Part shown: positions 14,218-26,521 of the stretch, piece after piece
Position numbering within the stretch: position 1 is the stretch's first letter
Layout: each line of letters starts with the position of its first letter
Assembly: GCA_046563655.1 (NCBI GenBank)
Contig: CM102284.1
Location: 3,844,001-3,908,000 of the forward strand
Reading direction: 5' to 3'
From: Yuukianura sp. NJ FZ-2021
Taxonomy: Eukaryota
Length of the DNA: 64,000 nt
Notes under the pieces: model-generated
Seen by the model: only the letters and a program-made list of their open reading frames with translations
What the model was told of the DNA's origin: nothing
Databases searched by the model: none
Position numbers and translations under genes: made by a program

Positions 14218-14593
14218 ACCAGCCACTTATGGGCGGTCACTTCTGCACCAAAAATGTAACGGGCTGTCATGTAACCCATAAGCGTTGTTATGCATATACG
14301 CGGTGATGTATGGACCAAAATTCTTATGGTAGGTCACGTATCTACAGGCATTGTTATAGGCGCTGACGTACGGACAAAAATTCTTATGGACGGTCACGTA
14401 TCGACAAGCATTCTTATGGACGGTCATGTGTGGACATTACTGACGGTGACCTTTGGATATTTCTAAAAGTAAGGTTTAATATAGTTCTAGGCGTCCATAC
14501 AGTGTTATAGTCTAAACAAACTCTCCAAGGTTAATTCAACTGTATTGCATAAAAAAAAACCTTTAAATGAGTGACCGTCCACAACAGTCAGGG
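14218..14593 (+). mobile_element. Non-autonomous element with internal ~30-nt degenerate tandem repeats (TTCTTATGGACGGTCACGTA core)
   Basis: Repeated TTATGG(A/G)CGGTCAC units and an inverted GTGACCGTCC near the right end. Both ends and an internal stretch align with the reverse complement of 38368-38543. Confidence 0.6.
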
Positions 14594-15506
14594 AACTTTC
14601 CTGGACTGGGCCTGGTGAAAACTGGAGTAAGATTGGACGCATGCGCAGTTGGACGTTGCGGACTTTCTCTCTCCTTGGAAAGTCACAATGCCCTTAATAG
14701 AATTCAGACCTCGGACTAGAAAGTTTCCACACTAGAAACTTTGCCAAAAACAATGAAAAAAAGCCACAAACCCTTCTTCCGTCTATTATTTAGCTCCAGC
14801 AGAACTCCACTGACGTCTCATAAGGCATAAGGGAAAGGGGGTCTATGCTTTTACAACATCCGAAGTTCTGCTTTCTCCCTTCAACCAGAAACAAGATTTC
14901 GAGAACCTTTTAAGCCTGAGTCATTCATATCTATCAAAAAATCACGCAACGACGTGGCCTTTGCCTTCATGTTTTCAACAATTTTCTTTTAAAAACCACT
15001 TTCTCCTTTTCTTTTCTCTCCTTTCTATCATGCTATCTTAGACTTTCATCTTACAGGAGAGAAAATAAACATTTGAAAAGAAAATGTGGCAAAAGAAAAC
15101 AATTTTTCAAATGTCAAGATATGCCTTTAGTCACCTTATGCGATTCTTGTGTGAACGGCAATTTGTACAGTGTACAATGTATACCGTGTAGCACAAATAT
15201 TGGACAATGAAAGCCAAGCTAAAGTTTAGTTTCCTAGTGTCGGTGCTACAAATTGCTCCAATTTTGCACTTCTTTTGTGAAATATTGTGAATAAAGTTCT
15301 TTATTGATTTTGATAAAATTTGTATTACACTTTGATAATAAACCATCTGTCGACTAAAAATATCTCAAATGACCTCTAAAAACTTTGAAGTGTGGTGGAA
15401 AATCATTAATATACTTAATATTTTATAGGATTTGCTCTTGCCCTAATTTATAAAATTTAATATTCCAGGTTTAATTTAAAAAGAAAATTAAGTGGAAAGC
15501 GTTAGA

Positions 15507-17891
15507 TCATTTCTTACGCTTTTTGGAGGGCGCTACGTCGGTATCGTGCTGTGCAAGGTCAAGTCCCAAGTCGGAAATAAATCGATTCATGGTTTTCTTC
15601 CGTTTCTTGTCAGCGTTTCCCTCGATTGCACGAGCCCAGTCCGCTTGGTTTCGTTTGTAAGCACTCAAACCATACTTTATGGCTAAGAACTTTCCAAAGG
15701 AATTGGCATTCAGCTGTGCCTCCCGTGGAGCCAAGGCAGAAGCAATCAGTTCCTTTTGCTTCAAATTGCAAACCGGAAACAGGTTATCCAACACTCGAGC
15801 GCCGAATTTTGTGCATGACATTGTCACAAAGTATTCCTGGAACAAAAAAAAAGTTATTCAGTCCCAAGTTCAAAAAAGAAAAAGTTGAAATTCTTTTACG
15901 AAGTTCAAAGGAAATGACATTTTGGTTTTTGGCAGAAAGCCAAAAACTCCAATTTTTTTTGTCTTGCTATAACCTTTAGCTGCAGTAGCAGTTTTTCTTT
16001 GTTCTTCTCTCCCACAGTTTCACTTTTGAAGAAAGCGTCAATCACGTAACTCCCTTTGGGGTCTTGGGCAATTTTCGATAGTTTGGATCCATCCATGTCT
16101 AATACAGCGGTGATTATCTACGTGTGAAAAATCAAAAGATGAAAAGGTTGGCGCAGGAAATTAAATTGAAGTTCCAAATGATTCAACAAAGGATGTACTT
16201 GGAAGCACTTAGAGGATATTGTTTTGTCGTACCTTGTAGGGCTTATGGAAGTTGAGAATGTGCTGAGTGGTGAGACAGCCTTGAAGTTCGGTCATAAAGG
16301 AAACTGTACCATCTTCCTTTGGTTGAAACGTTTTGCCAAATCGGAGCAGCACTTCAAAGAAATTTTCCCGCTTGGCTTCACTCTCAGTTTTAAGCAGTTC
16401 TGCCAGTTTTATCGTTAGGATATTCTGCTTGCACTTTAGTCTTCGACACGCTTCTGCCATTGACGTGATAACTGAGAGATACCTTGTGTCGTATATCTCT
16501 TGGAAATGATTTTCCAGTTCTTCGAACATTTCTTCAAACTGAAAGAAAGAACTTTAGTGAACAAAAATGCTGTTAGTAGCATTTTATGTATGAAAGGCTT
16601 ACAATTTCTTTTGTAGGAACAGCAAGGAAGAGACGTTCTATGAAGTAGTGCCCTGCTTCAGTCTTTACAAATGTCAGCATCCGTCCTTTGATATACTTTT
16701 CATAGATAGATCCAAATAACGTTGGTTCTTCAGATACAACGGAGACGCAGGCCTCCAACGAACGCAACCGACAAGGGAACTGCATCAATTGGTCGGCTGC
16801 GATGGCTTCTTTTGCTGTTAAACATTTCAAGGTCACAATGGGTTGAAGGAAACGAGTATCTTCATTGAGAATTAAAATTCAAATTACCTTGCATTACACC
16901 TTTCATTGCCAGATCGTCTTCCACTGAACGCAGTGTCACCAACAAGCACTGAACAAAACCGCTTGTAACTTCGTTCTGGAAAAGATCTAGAAAAAAAAAA
17001 CAATGTCATGGGTGTGAATCAAGGCACTCGTACGTCGGAAATAGTAATTTACCGCCAAATTGAGGCCAACTGAGGAATTGAGTCGCAAATCCATTTAAAA
17101 GCTTCCTATTCTTCGTTTGGAATTTCCTTAACGTAGTATCGTCTTCAGAAAGTGGTAATGGTTTTATGACAGGAGGAATTGAGAGTCTGATGCTGGATGC
17201 GTTATGTTGCAGTGTTTTGGCAGAGAAAAGATGTACAGTTCCACCCAGGCACTGGCAAACTTTCCGCATGCAGTGATTCGCATATTTGTCAAAAACGAAT
17301 TCCTCAAAGTTATTGACAATAAATTTGGAAGTATTCCGGAACCATTTCACCAGCTTCTTATTTCCCATCCTCTTCTCACTGATTACTTCAAGGAGTTTCT
17401 CCAGCACATGAGATGCAAAAGGATCCGTACAAATTGTTCGTAATGAAGGCGTAAAACTTGTGGCAAAACGAAGCAGTATCTCCTCGTTGTTGGTCAAACT
17501 TATCAAGGTCTCCAATACTCTGGACGCGAACTGATTGCTTGCTAAATTCACTTCTTCGTTTTCTGTCTGGGTGAAAGCATTGTCCACGAACATTTCTATG
17601 AAAAGACAAAGCAAAACAAAATCTTTATCTATCCCATAGGAAATCAGATTACAGTAATTGCGTTATTGAACTAGTACTAGTACCTCGTTCTTCATCTGTC
17701 TCGAACTCATTCTTATTGCAAAGTTCGAATACGCGTAGGAAGTAATTGTACACATCTGAACTGATTTCAAATCCTTTTCCTAATTTTCCTTGAGATCCGA
17801 ATTTCTTCATACGTGACATGAGACCACTTTTTCGCTTCTTTCGCAGTCGTCCATCGTTTCCGTCCTTCGTTCGACTGTATTCCTCGCTCAT
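15507..17891 (-). CDS. NOP9: Nucleolar protein 9 (Pumilio-like repeats)
   Basis: LASNQFASRVLETL, ICTDPFASHVLEKL, FDKYANHCMR, IAQDPKGSYVIDAF, MSCTKFGARVLDNL, basic C-terminus (PSKKRKK). ATG at 17891, multi-exon. Confidence 0.88.
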
Positions 17892-18540
17892 CGTTTCCGA
17901 TTTCCGAATCTCCGAATGATTCTCACCTACGAATGTCAACCTGAGGACACAGCGCTGAAGACTAAAATCCTACAACGTCTAGAATATAAGCACAAATACG
18001 AAATCAATTAAATGCTGTCAATGCCACGGACCGTGGCCCACGGTCATTTGATCTTGTTTGATGAATTGCTAAAACCGTGTTTGAAAAAAATAGAGCCGAG
18101 AGCGAGCACATTTTCCAGAAACCAGATTCGTAAAATTTTTGCAGGTTTTTAAATTTTAAGTTTCGCGGGCATATGCTTGGTACTGTCGCAGAAGAAGTTA
18201 CTATACACGGAAGACGGAATCCACAACCTGTATGTCGTAGATGTTCATCAACTTTGTGAAATCGGTTATTACCCGTAATTAAGTAATTGAAAAAGTTTTT
18301 TGGATACTAAAACAGTAACCAGTGATTAGTAAATATAAAACAGTATTACAAGTGGCAGAAATAAGTATTTTCAATTAAAAGAAAAATAGATTTTGTTATG
18401 ATTTAATTTAATTTGCCCATACGTGTATGGTGTAATGGAGGTGTAGTGGGGCACGTTACACAAAGTGTTCTACAAAATATTTTTCACACCTTGCTTTGCT
18501 TGTGCGGTTTTTGTGATCGAAACTTTTTGTCTTTTTTGGG

Positions 18541-18891
18541 CAGAGTTCGGCACTTCTGCTGCGCTCCCAAACACGCGATCCCCGATCTTCCGGCCTTACC
18601 CCGCGATCTGACCCGCTGCGATCCCCGATCTATGAGCCTACCCCGCGATCCTGACGCGATCCACTCAGAAGGAGAAGGATCGCTGCTTCCGATCCCCGAT
18701 CCCCATGCTGTTAACATTAGGAGCGGGGATCGGGATCGCAAGAAGATCGCAAAATACCTTGCGCTCCTTTGCATCCGATCCCCGATCTTTTTCAAAAGAT
18801 CGGGGAGCGGCGCTCCCCGTTCCCAAAAGTGGGATCGGAGATCGGGGATCGCGGGATCGCTGTGCCGGGATCGCATAAGTGCCGAACTATG
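18541..18891. mobile_element. hAT-type MITE (351 bp)
   Basis: TIRs CAGAGTTCGGCACTT / AAGTGCCGAACTATG, perfect 8-bp TSD TTTTTGGG (18533-18540 and 18892-18899). GC-rich interior made of CGATC(C)/(G)GATCG motifs. Confidence 0.88.
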
Positions 18892-19106
18892 TTTTTGGGG
18901 ATCTCTGACGAGTTCTGGAGTGATTCATTGATTAATTGATTAATTTATATTAATCACGATCAATTCGTGTTTTTGGAGATCATTTGCAGGAATTCTTGTC
19001 TTTGAGTCTGTAGTTTGCCTCCTTCACACACTTCCGGTGTGTCATTCCAATTTCTCCGTTTCAGTCATCTTTTTCAATATCCGGTAATCAGTTTTAGCAA
19101 GCTAAA

Positions 19107-21558
19107 ATGGCCATGCACGTACCGAAAGCCCCTGGATTTGCATCCATGCTCAAGGAAGGCTCCCGGGTAAGTAAATGTCAAGTGAATGGTACAAACTATA
19201 CGTTTGCAAAACACTGATTTGGGGATTACTGAGTTATGGACGTCATATTTTTAGCACTTTTCTGGGATGGAAGAATCCGTATATCGTAACATCAAGGCAT
19301 GCAAGGAGTTTGCAGAGAGTCTGAAATCTGCCTATGGACCATGTGGAATGAATAAAATGGTTATCAATCATCTCGAAAAATTGTTCGTCACAAATGATGC
19401 TGCTACTATTATGCAAGAGTTGGATGTAATGTGGCAATTTCATACCGATACTTTTCGAATATTTTCATCAAAAGAAATATGAAAGTTTTCTTATGTTTTG
19501 TGTTACTCTTACCAATAATTTTCTAGGTTGAGCATCCTGCCGCTAAAATCATGTGCCTGGCCTCACAAATGCAGGAACAGGAAATCGGTGATGGAACAAA
19601 CTTTGTCATCATTTTCTGTGCAGCTCTCCTTGAGGGTGGTGGAGATTTACTGCAAATGGTTAGACAATAAATTATTATCCTTGTTTCGTAGGCTCGCCTT
19701 GTACCTTCGTTTTGTATCTATGAACTGAATGGCCTACCTACCTATGAAACTATTTTTGTGTTCTAGGGCCTCACTCCGTCCGAAATTGTGAGCGGCTACG
19801 AACTGGCTCTGGATAAGGCACTCGAAATTTTGCCAACTCTGGTATGTGATGAAGTAAAAGACTACCGCAACGAAGATGCCGTTTTAAACGTAATACGATC
19901 TGCGGTGATGAGCAAACAACTTGGATGTGAAGATGTTCTTGCCAAACTCATTACCAGAGCCTGTGGTAAGGAATTTTAGATGTTTCTGGTATGAACTCAT
20001 TAAAATATAGTAGTTAGCACAAGCACTCTTTTGGTGTTTCAGTTTCCATTCTGCCGGAAAACACGACATTCAACGTGGATAACGTCCGAGTTTGCAAAAT
20101 TTTGGTGAGTTATATTACTGTAGTGCGTTCGTGTTGGTCGTTTCGTTAGTGATTGGATTACGGAACTTTCTAGTTCAAGTTCATGTCGAAGTCAACCAAG
20201 CGCTTTTTGTTCGGTTTCAGGGGTCTGGTATGGGAAAATCCGAAGTTGTCCAAGGTCTTGTTTTCAAGCGTAATGTGGACACAACGATTATCAAGAAAAC
20301 TAATGCTAAACTAGTTGTGTTTTCTTGTCCATTGGACATTACACAAACCGAGACTAAGGTTTGATCAGAGATTAAAATTCAGAAATTGTTTAACCTTGAC
20401 CACCTAATTTACCTAAATATCGGACTTATTTTGACACAGGGCACCGTGCTCATCAAATCCGCCCAAGAATTGAAAAACTTCAGCGCTGGAGAGGAAGCAC
20501 TCCTTGAAAATCAAATCAAAGAGATCGCTGATTCAGGAGCCAGTGTCGTCGTGACTGGGGGAAAGATCGGAGATATGGCTATGCACTTCTTGAACAAGTA
20601 CAACCTCATGGCTGTCCGTTTGATGAGCAAGTTCGACTTGCGAAGAGTGTGTAAGGCAACCAATGCATCAGTTTATCCAAAGATTGAGAAACCAGAGGTG
20701 GAAAACCTGGGATATGCGGATGAAGTTTACCTTGATGAGGCAAGATATTATTTTCTGCAGTAAATTCTCCATCATAATTCATAAGGCTAACATGTACTGC
20801 TAAATATTAGGTTGGAGACACCGCTATCGTTGTATTCCGAGTTGGCACAGTCGAATCCAGAATTTCCACCATTGTTTTACGTGGTGCTACGGATAACTAC
20901 CTGGACGATATGGAACGAGCTGTCAATGATGGAGTCAACGCCTTCAAAGCACTGACGAGGGTATGACACTCACGTGTTATCGCCTTATTTCAACGCAAAC
21001 TTTTATTTCCGTCCACAAATGTGATTGTTTTTACTTGTTTCTTCAAAAATAGGACGAGAAGCTTCTGCCAGGCGCTGGTGCAACTGAATTGGAACTCGCT
21101 CGGCAAATCAGCAGCTACGGTGACACTCTCCCTGGTTTGGAGCAATACTCTGTCAAGAAGTTTGCTGCAGCTTTTGAAGGCTTTATCAAAGTTTTTGCCG
21201 ACAACTCGGGAATGAACGCAAGTGAAGTTCTAGCAAAACTCTATGCCTTGCACCACGACGGAAAAGTCACCTACGGTTTCAATATTGAGGTAAAACAAAA
21301 TTCTGGACCCGTTTGCCCTCAAACGATTTGCTTGTATCTAAAAGGTTCTTGGTAACTGCGCAGGACGAAAGTGACGGAACAGTGGACGTCAAGGAGAAAG
21401 GGATCGTGGACGTGTATTTGGCTAAACTCTGGGGTATTCAGTATGCAACAAATGCTGCTTGCACGATTCTGAAGGTTGACCAAATCATCATGGCGAAGAA
21501 GGCAGGCGGTCCGAAAGCCAGACCGGTCAAGGGTGGTGGCACCGGGGATGACGACTAA
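19107..21558 (+). CDS. CCT8: T-complex protein 1 subunit theta (chaperonin CCT8)
   Basis: MAMHVPKAPGFASMLKEG, SAYGPCGMNKMVINHLEKLFVTNDAATI, QEIGDGTNFV, ETKGTVLIK, TILKVDQIIMAKKAGGPK. Nine introns, one of them GC-AG. Confidence 0.97.
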
Positions 21559-22272
21559 CTCACTTCCGAATTAGGATTAACTTCCTCGGTAAAGCTTTGC
21601 TTCTCAATTGTTAATTGTCCTGAAAATTCATTACTAATTAATTATACTAGTTAGCTTAGCTAATGTGGCATTTTCTATTTAAATAACATTCTTGGCTCTT
21701 TAGTTTTGTTTTCCGTTGATCTTTTGCCATTTTCCAAGTTACCCACAGAGGTTTTCTTTTCTAAAATTGAATAAAAAATTTAACTCAATATTACTGTAAT
21801 GTAAAGTTCTAAAGCAAAAGGAAGGTCTGGTTTATCGTTTTCATATGTTAGGGTTGCAAAGCTCCGAACACGATAAACCAAACCAGCGATTTGTTGGAGA
21901 AACTCAATGCTTCTTTGTAAATGTTTGTCTTAATCTTGAGAGCTTCAAGTTGACAGAAAACAGAACCAAATCTCTCATTTTTTATAAATCTAAAATTGAA
22001 CGCTAATTTTTGTTTCGAGCGTAGTATCTGACCAAGGATCTACCAAGTTCAAAAACATGTTTTTCAGTTCGGCACTTGAAATGTGGTTCAAGAACACTGA
22101 ACTTTATTCCTCATGACAAAAGTCTAAATGGACATGTATGTCTATTAATGCAATGTGTAGTTATGTGCAACTTTTTGTGTTATGTCATCCGTATCAGTTT
22201 GACCTGATGATGAGCGATGACATTACTGATGACATAACTTTAGAGAATATTCCTGAACAAAGCAGTTCGTGT

Positions 22273-22869
22273 CGAAGCACGCCAATACATCAAAAAAAAG
22301 ACATCAGCTGAAAAGACATCAACACGAAAGACATCAACCAGAAAGACATCAACACAAAACACATCAACAATGCAAACACATCAACAATGAAAAGACATCA
22401 AAACTAAAAGACATCAACAGAAATTTTATTTTTATACCCGGATATAAAATTTGGGATTTTTTTTTCAAAATTTTGAAAAAAAAGTAAGTCTGGCCATACT
22501 ATCACAGTTAGCAATACTGATGACGTGTGGCTAGCTTAGCCTGCGGTACCGCGCCGAAGGCGCGGCGTTAGGTTTGGTAAAGCACGCCAAAGGGATTACG
22601 TCTGTAGGTTCGATTGTCTAAGTCCGGCTTATTAAATTTTCAAAATTTCAAAAAAAAATCCTTATTTCTTTTCTGTTGATTTCTTTTGGTTTTGATGTCT
22701 TTTTATTGTTGATGTGTTTGTATTGTTGATGTCTTTTGTATTGATGTCTTTTGGGTTGATGTGTTTTTATAGTTGATGTGTTTGCATTATTGATGTCTTT
22801 CTGGTTGATGTCTTTTGTGTTGATGTCTTTTCAGTTGATGTCTATTTTTTGATGTATTGGCATGGACCC
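22273..22869. mobile_element. Foldback-like non-autonomous element with long modular inverted repeats
   Basis: Left arm of AAAAGACATCAAC-type units mirrored by GTTGATGTCTTTT units on the right. Termini GCCAATACATCAAAAAA / TTTTTTGATGTATTGGC. Direct repeat GTTCGTGT at 22265-22272 and 22870-22877. Confidence 0.82.
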
Positions 22870-23373
22870 GTTCGTGTGGTGATAATTGATGTTTCATCAC
22901 CCGTTTTTATCCAGACGAATCCTGGTCTGTTTATGGAGAAAGCCACATGAGAAGTGTTTTTAGATTTAAAGTTGAAAAAATAAATCAACCATCGCGTTGG
23001 TTGACACGTAACAGTTGAAGTGGATTTTGAACTGAAACCGTGTTATCTTCCCTTGACGTCAGCCTTGGGTTGTGGTCATTTGTAGAGGGAGGGACACTAA
23101 TTTTAGTAGGATAGCGTCCGTGACATGGCAATGTCAAGCCAAACATTGGAAATTAATCTGAAGCTGATGGTTGAAATGATGAGGGCATAGTAACCGAGAG
23201 ATGAAATTATGTAGCGTCTAACGGATCCAGGCGTTTGTGAAGCTTGGCCACTTGACAAAGTCGAGTATTTATCCAGGACGTGCCCTCGCATTGGTCTCAG
23301 TCTTTGCTTGCTCACTGCAGTAGTGACATCCTGCTTCGCCTCTCGTCTACTTTTTTCAAAATACTTCAGCGCC

Positions 23374-25470
23374 ATGACTGGAAACCGCAACCCCGAAATC
23401 AAATATACTGGCGTAAGTTAGCATTTCTCAAAGTTTAGCTTCCTACTTGTCAAATTGACTAATTGTGGATAATTAATCAATGGAATTGTCAAATTTTGAT
23501 TACAGATCTTCATCAACAATGAATTTGTCCCATCCAAGAGTGGAAAAGTTTTTCCAACTCTGAACCCATGTACTGGCAAGAAAATTGTGGATATTGCTGA
23601 GGGAGACAAGGTGAGTAAACTTTTTTTCTCAAGATTTTAAGATTTTCAAGGTCATTTCATTAGTTTTGAAATTGAAAATTTCTTGGTTTGCATTTTTTCA
23701 GGCCGATGTCGATGCTGCAGTCGTAGCTGCAAGAGCTGCTTTCAAGCCTGGTAGCCCATGGCGCTCAATGGACGCTTCTGCTCGTGGAAAGTTGATGCAC
23801 AAGGTAAGTTTTCAATTCACATAATTCACAAACCTACTAATCAAAAATTTTGAGGAATTCTATTTTCATAAATTGTTTATGACTCTTTCTTTTGTAAACT
23901 AGCTTGCTGATTTGATCGAACGCGACCGTGCCCAACTTGCAGCCCTCGAAACGATTGACAATGGGAAGCCATACACAGATGCTGACTTTGACATTACCTG
24001 CGCCGTGGATGTGATCAGGTACTTCGCTGGATGGGCCGACAAGATTCACGGAGACACCATTCCAGTCGGTACGTCGACAACCGTCCTAACTTCTGTTAAA
24101 TTAACAAAAGATTCGAAAAAGTTCAAGGTCACTCCTAAATTGTCAAGTCGAGAGTCCAAATGCATGCAATTTGTAATTATAACTTTTTTTATTTCTCCTA
24201 TTTGTGGAAGGAAGTGCTAATTAAGTGGCTTTTATTTCACGGCCATGACTAATTAGAATTGAATGTTAATTAAGATTTTGCGGGTTTCAGCCTGTCAGGC
24301 TCATCTTCATTTGCTTTTTTTCTCTAGATGGAAACTTCTTGACATTTACCCGAAAAGAACCAATTGGAGTCGTCGGCAGTGTCATTCCATGGAACTATCC
24401 AATTCTTATGACATCATGGAAGCTCGGACCAACAATTGCCACTGGATGCACCATGATCCTCAAACCAGCCGAACAGACGCCTCTGTCAGCCCTTCACATT
24501 GCATCACTCTTCAAGGAAGCTGGATTCCCACCAGGAGTTTTCAATGTCGTCCCAGGATACGGACCAACGGCGGGAGCAGCCATTTCCAATCACATGGACA
24601 TTGACAAAGTTGCATTTACTGGATCCACGGAAGTAGGACGCCTCATCTTCGGTGCTGCTGCTCAGAGCAACTTGAAGCGTGTCACACTCGAACTCGGTGG
24701 CAAGAGTCCACTCATCGTCTGCGAAGACGCAGACGTCACCGAAGCAGCCACTATTGCCCATGGAGCCATTTTTGCCAACCATGGACAAAATTGTTGTGCT
24801 GGCTCTCGCACATTCGTCCAAGCCAAGATCTACGACGAATTTGTGAAGAAGGCAACTGAGTTGGCCAACGCCCGTGTCGTTGGTGATCCATTTGTTGAGG
24901 GAACTCAGCAAGGACCACAAATTGACCAAGATCAACTGGACAAAATCGTTGACCTCATTGAATCTGGAAAGAAGCAAGGAGCCAAGGTTCAGTGTGGAGG
25001 AGCCCGACATGGGACTGAAGGCTACTTCGTCAAGCCCACTGTGTTCTCAGATGTCACTGACAACATGAGAATCGCCACTGAAGAAATCTTTGGACCAGTC
25101 CAACAGATTCTGAAGTTCGATACTATGGATGAAGTCATTGAACGTGCCAATAGTACCAAGTATGGTCTTGCCGCTGGAATCATCACCAAGGACATCAACA
25201 AGGCTCTCACGTTCATCCAACACGTCCAAGCTGGATCTGTCTGGGTCAACTGCTACGACGCTGTTGTTCCACAGGCACCATTCGGAGGATTCAAGGAATC
25301 TGGACAAGGGCGTGAACTGTAAGATTCTAACAACCAAGCCATAAAATTTCAATTTACTTAAAATCTTTTTGATTTCACATTAACTTTTTTATGTTTTCAG
25401 CGGAGAGGCTGCCCTGAAGGAGTACTTGGAAAGCAAGACGGTTACGATTGCCCTTGACCAAAAGCTTTAA
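23374..25470 (+). CDS. Aldehyde dehydrogenase, ALDH1A/ALDH2 family (no obvious mitochondrial presequence)
   Basis: [50 protein letters not shown], catalytic [24 protein letters not shown]. Six exons, stop at 25468-25470. Confidence 0.96.
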
Positions 25471-26346
25471 GATACACGCTCTGTTTTCATCTTAAATTCA
25501 TCTAGTTTTCCTGCAAACCTTGTTACACCTTTCTCTTTTCAATTTCTTCAATAAAAATGTCAAAGATGCTATTACTAAACTCCAATCATATTTTTTATAT
25601 GTCCTTTCGAGGTTTTTTATTGGTGGAAATGCTAGATAAGCTTGCAGAAATGAAATAATGAAAAGCTTCATAAAGATTCTCCATTTCCTTTCTCTGAATC
25701 TGCCATATTAAAGTTGATCTTGAAGTGTGAAATGATCATTTTGAAAGAAGTACTCAGGCAGTCAATAACCAGAAAAACAGGAGTAGCAGGAAGATTTATT
25801 TTAGCTAAGTCGGATATGGAAGTGTGAAACCAGAAATTAGTGAAAATGTCTGGAAGGCGTGCCAAAGGGCTGTAAAAATAACACTAATGGAACAGGAACA
25901 AGAAGCGTATGATTGCATAAGGATATGAACATGATCTCATCCCTTGGATATAGCTCAAGGTTAGGAACCTCATTTCTATCAAAGTCTCCTTGCCAAACAC
26001 ACACAACATCATTTTGCACAAAACAATCCACTTGGCACAAGCGCTTCAAACAAAAGGGAAAGACAAGCTGTGCTGTAGTCTCACTTTTTTAGATTTCAGC
26101 CCCTGTTCAAACAAATTTACTCTCAAGTCATCACAAGTTAAAGCAAACTAAAACTTAAATTCAAACAAACTCAACTTTTCAAGAACCAATTAACTCTGAA
26201 AGCGTCACGTACTCCACTTGAATCGGTTGAGCTAACTTTCTGGAAGATTCGGCACTGGACAGCACTTGAAGTTGCAGAGATTCGTTGGGTCACGTTGAGG
26301 TCATCTCAATTTAGAGATTAACTAACAAGGCCAATTACTACATACA

Positions 26347-26354
26347 TATAAAAG
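26347..26354 (+). promoter_or_regulatory. TATA box of the GNAT gene
   Basis: TATAAAAG about 25 nt upstream of an Inr-like TCACTC (near 26370), followed by a GTAAGC donor at 26392. Confidence 0.5.
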
Positions 26355-26521
26355 TGCCTCTCACACGCTTCACTCCGCAAAGTTAAACTCGGTAAGCTTA
26401 GGTTTTCACTTTCTCTCTCTCTGTTTTCAACAAAGTTCCGAATTGCAAATTTCCAAATTTGCAAAAATTGGCAATTATGTTTCCAGTTACTACCGCCAGC
26501 AGTGATTCTCCACGGAGAAAA

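Noticed and set aside
18413-18931. 172-aa and 130-aa ORFs
   Set aside because: They run through the GC-rich MITE, have no recognisable domain and are not a transposase.
19659-20220. snoRNAs in the longer CCT8 introns
   Set aside because: Short stems are present (GTAGGC/GCCTAC), but there is no proper C box/D box pair or H/ACA architecture.
22064-22080. AGTTCGGCACTT match to the hAT MITE TIR
   Set aside because: Solitary partial match with no partner TIR or TSD.
22528-22625. tRNA/SINE-like A and B box words (TAGCTTAGC..., GGTTCGATT)
   Set aside because: No cloverleaf or acceptor stem could be built. The words lie in the foldback element's spacer.
24504-25352. Antisense and alternate-frame ORFs over ALDH
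   Set aside because: Shadow ORFs caused by the codon bias of the real exon.
26459-26521. N-terminal extension of the GNAT ORF in the track
   Set aside because: It starts at a non-ATG codon, and its ATG lies in the predicted 5'UTR intron. Family similarity begins at ATG 26522.
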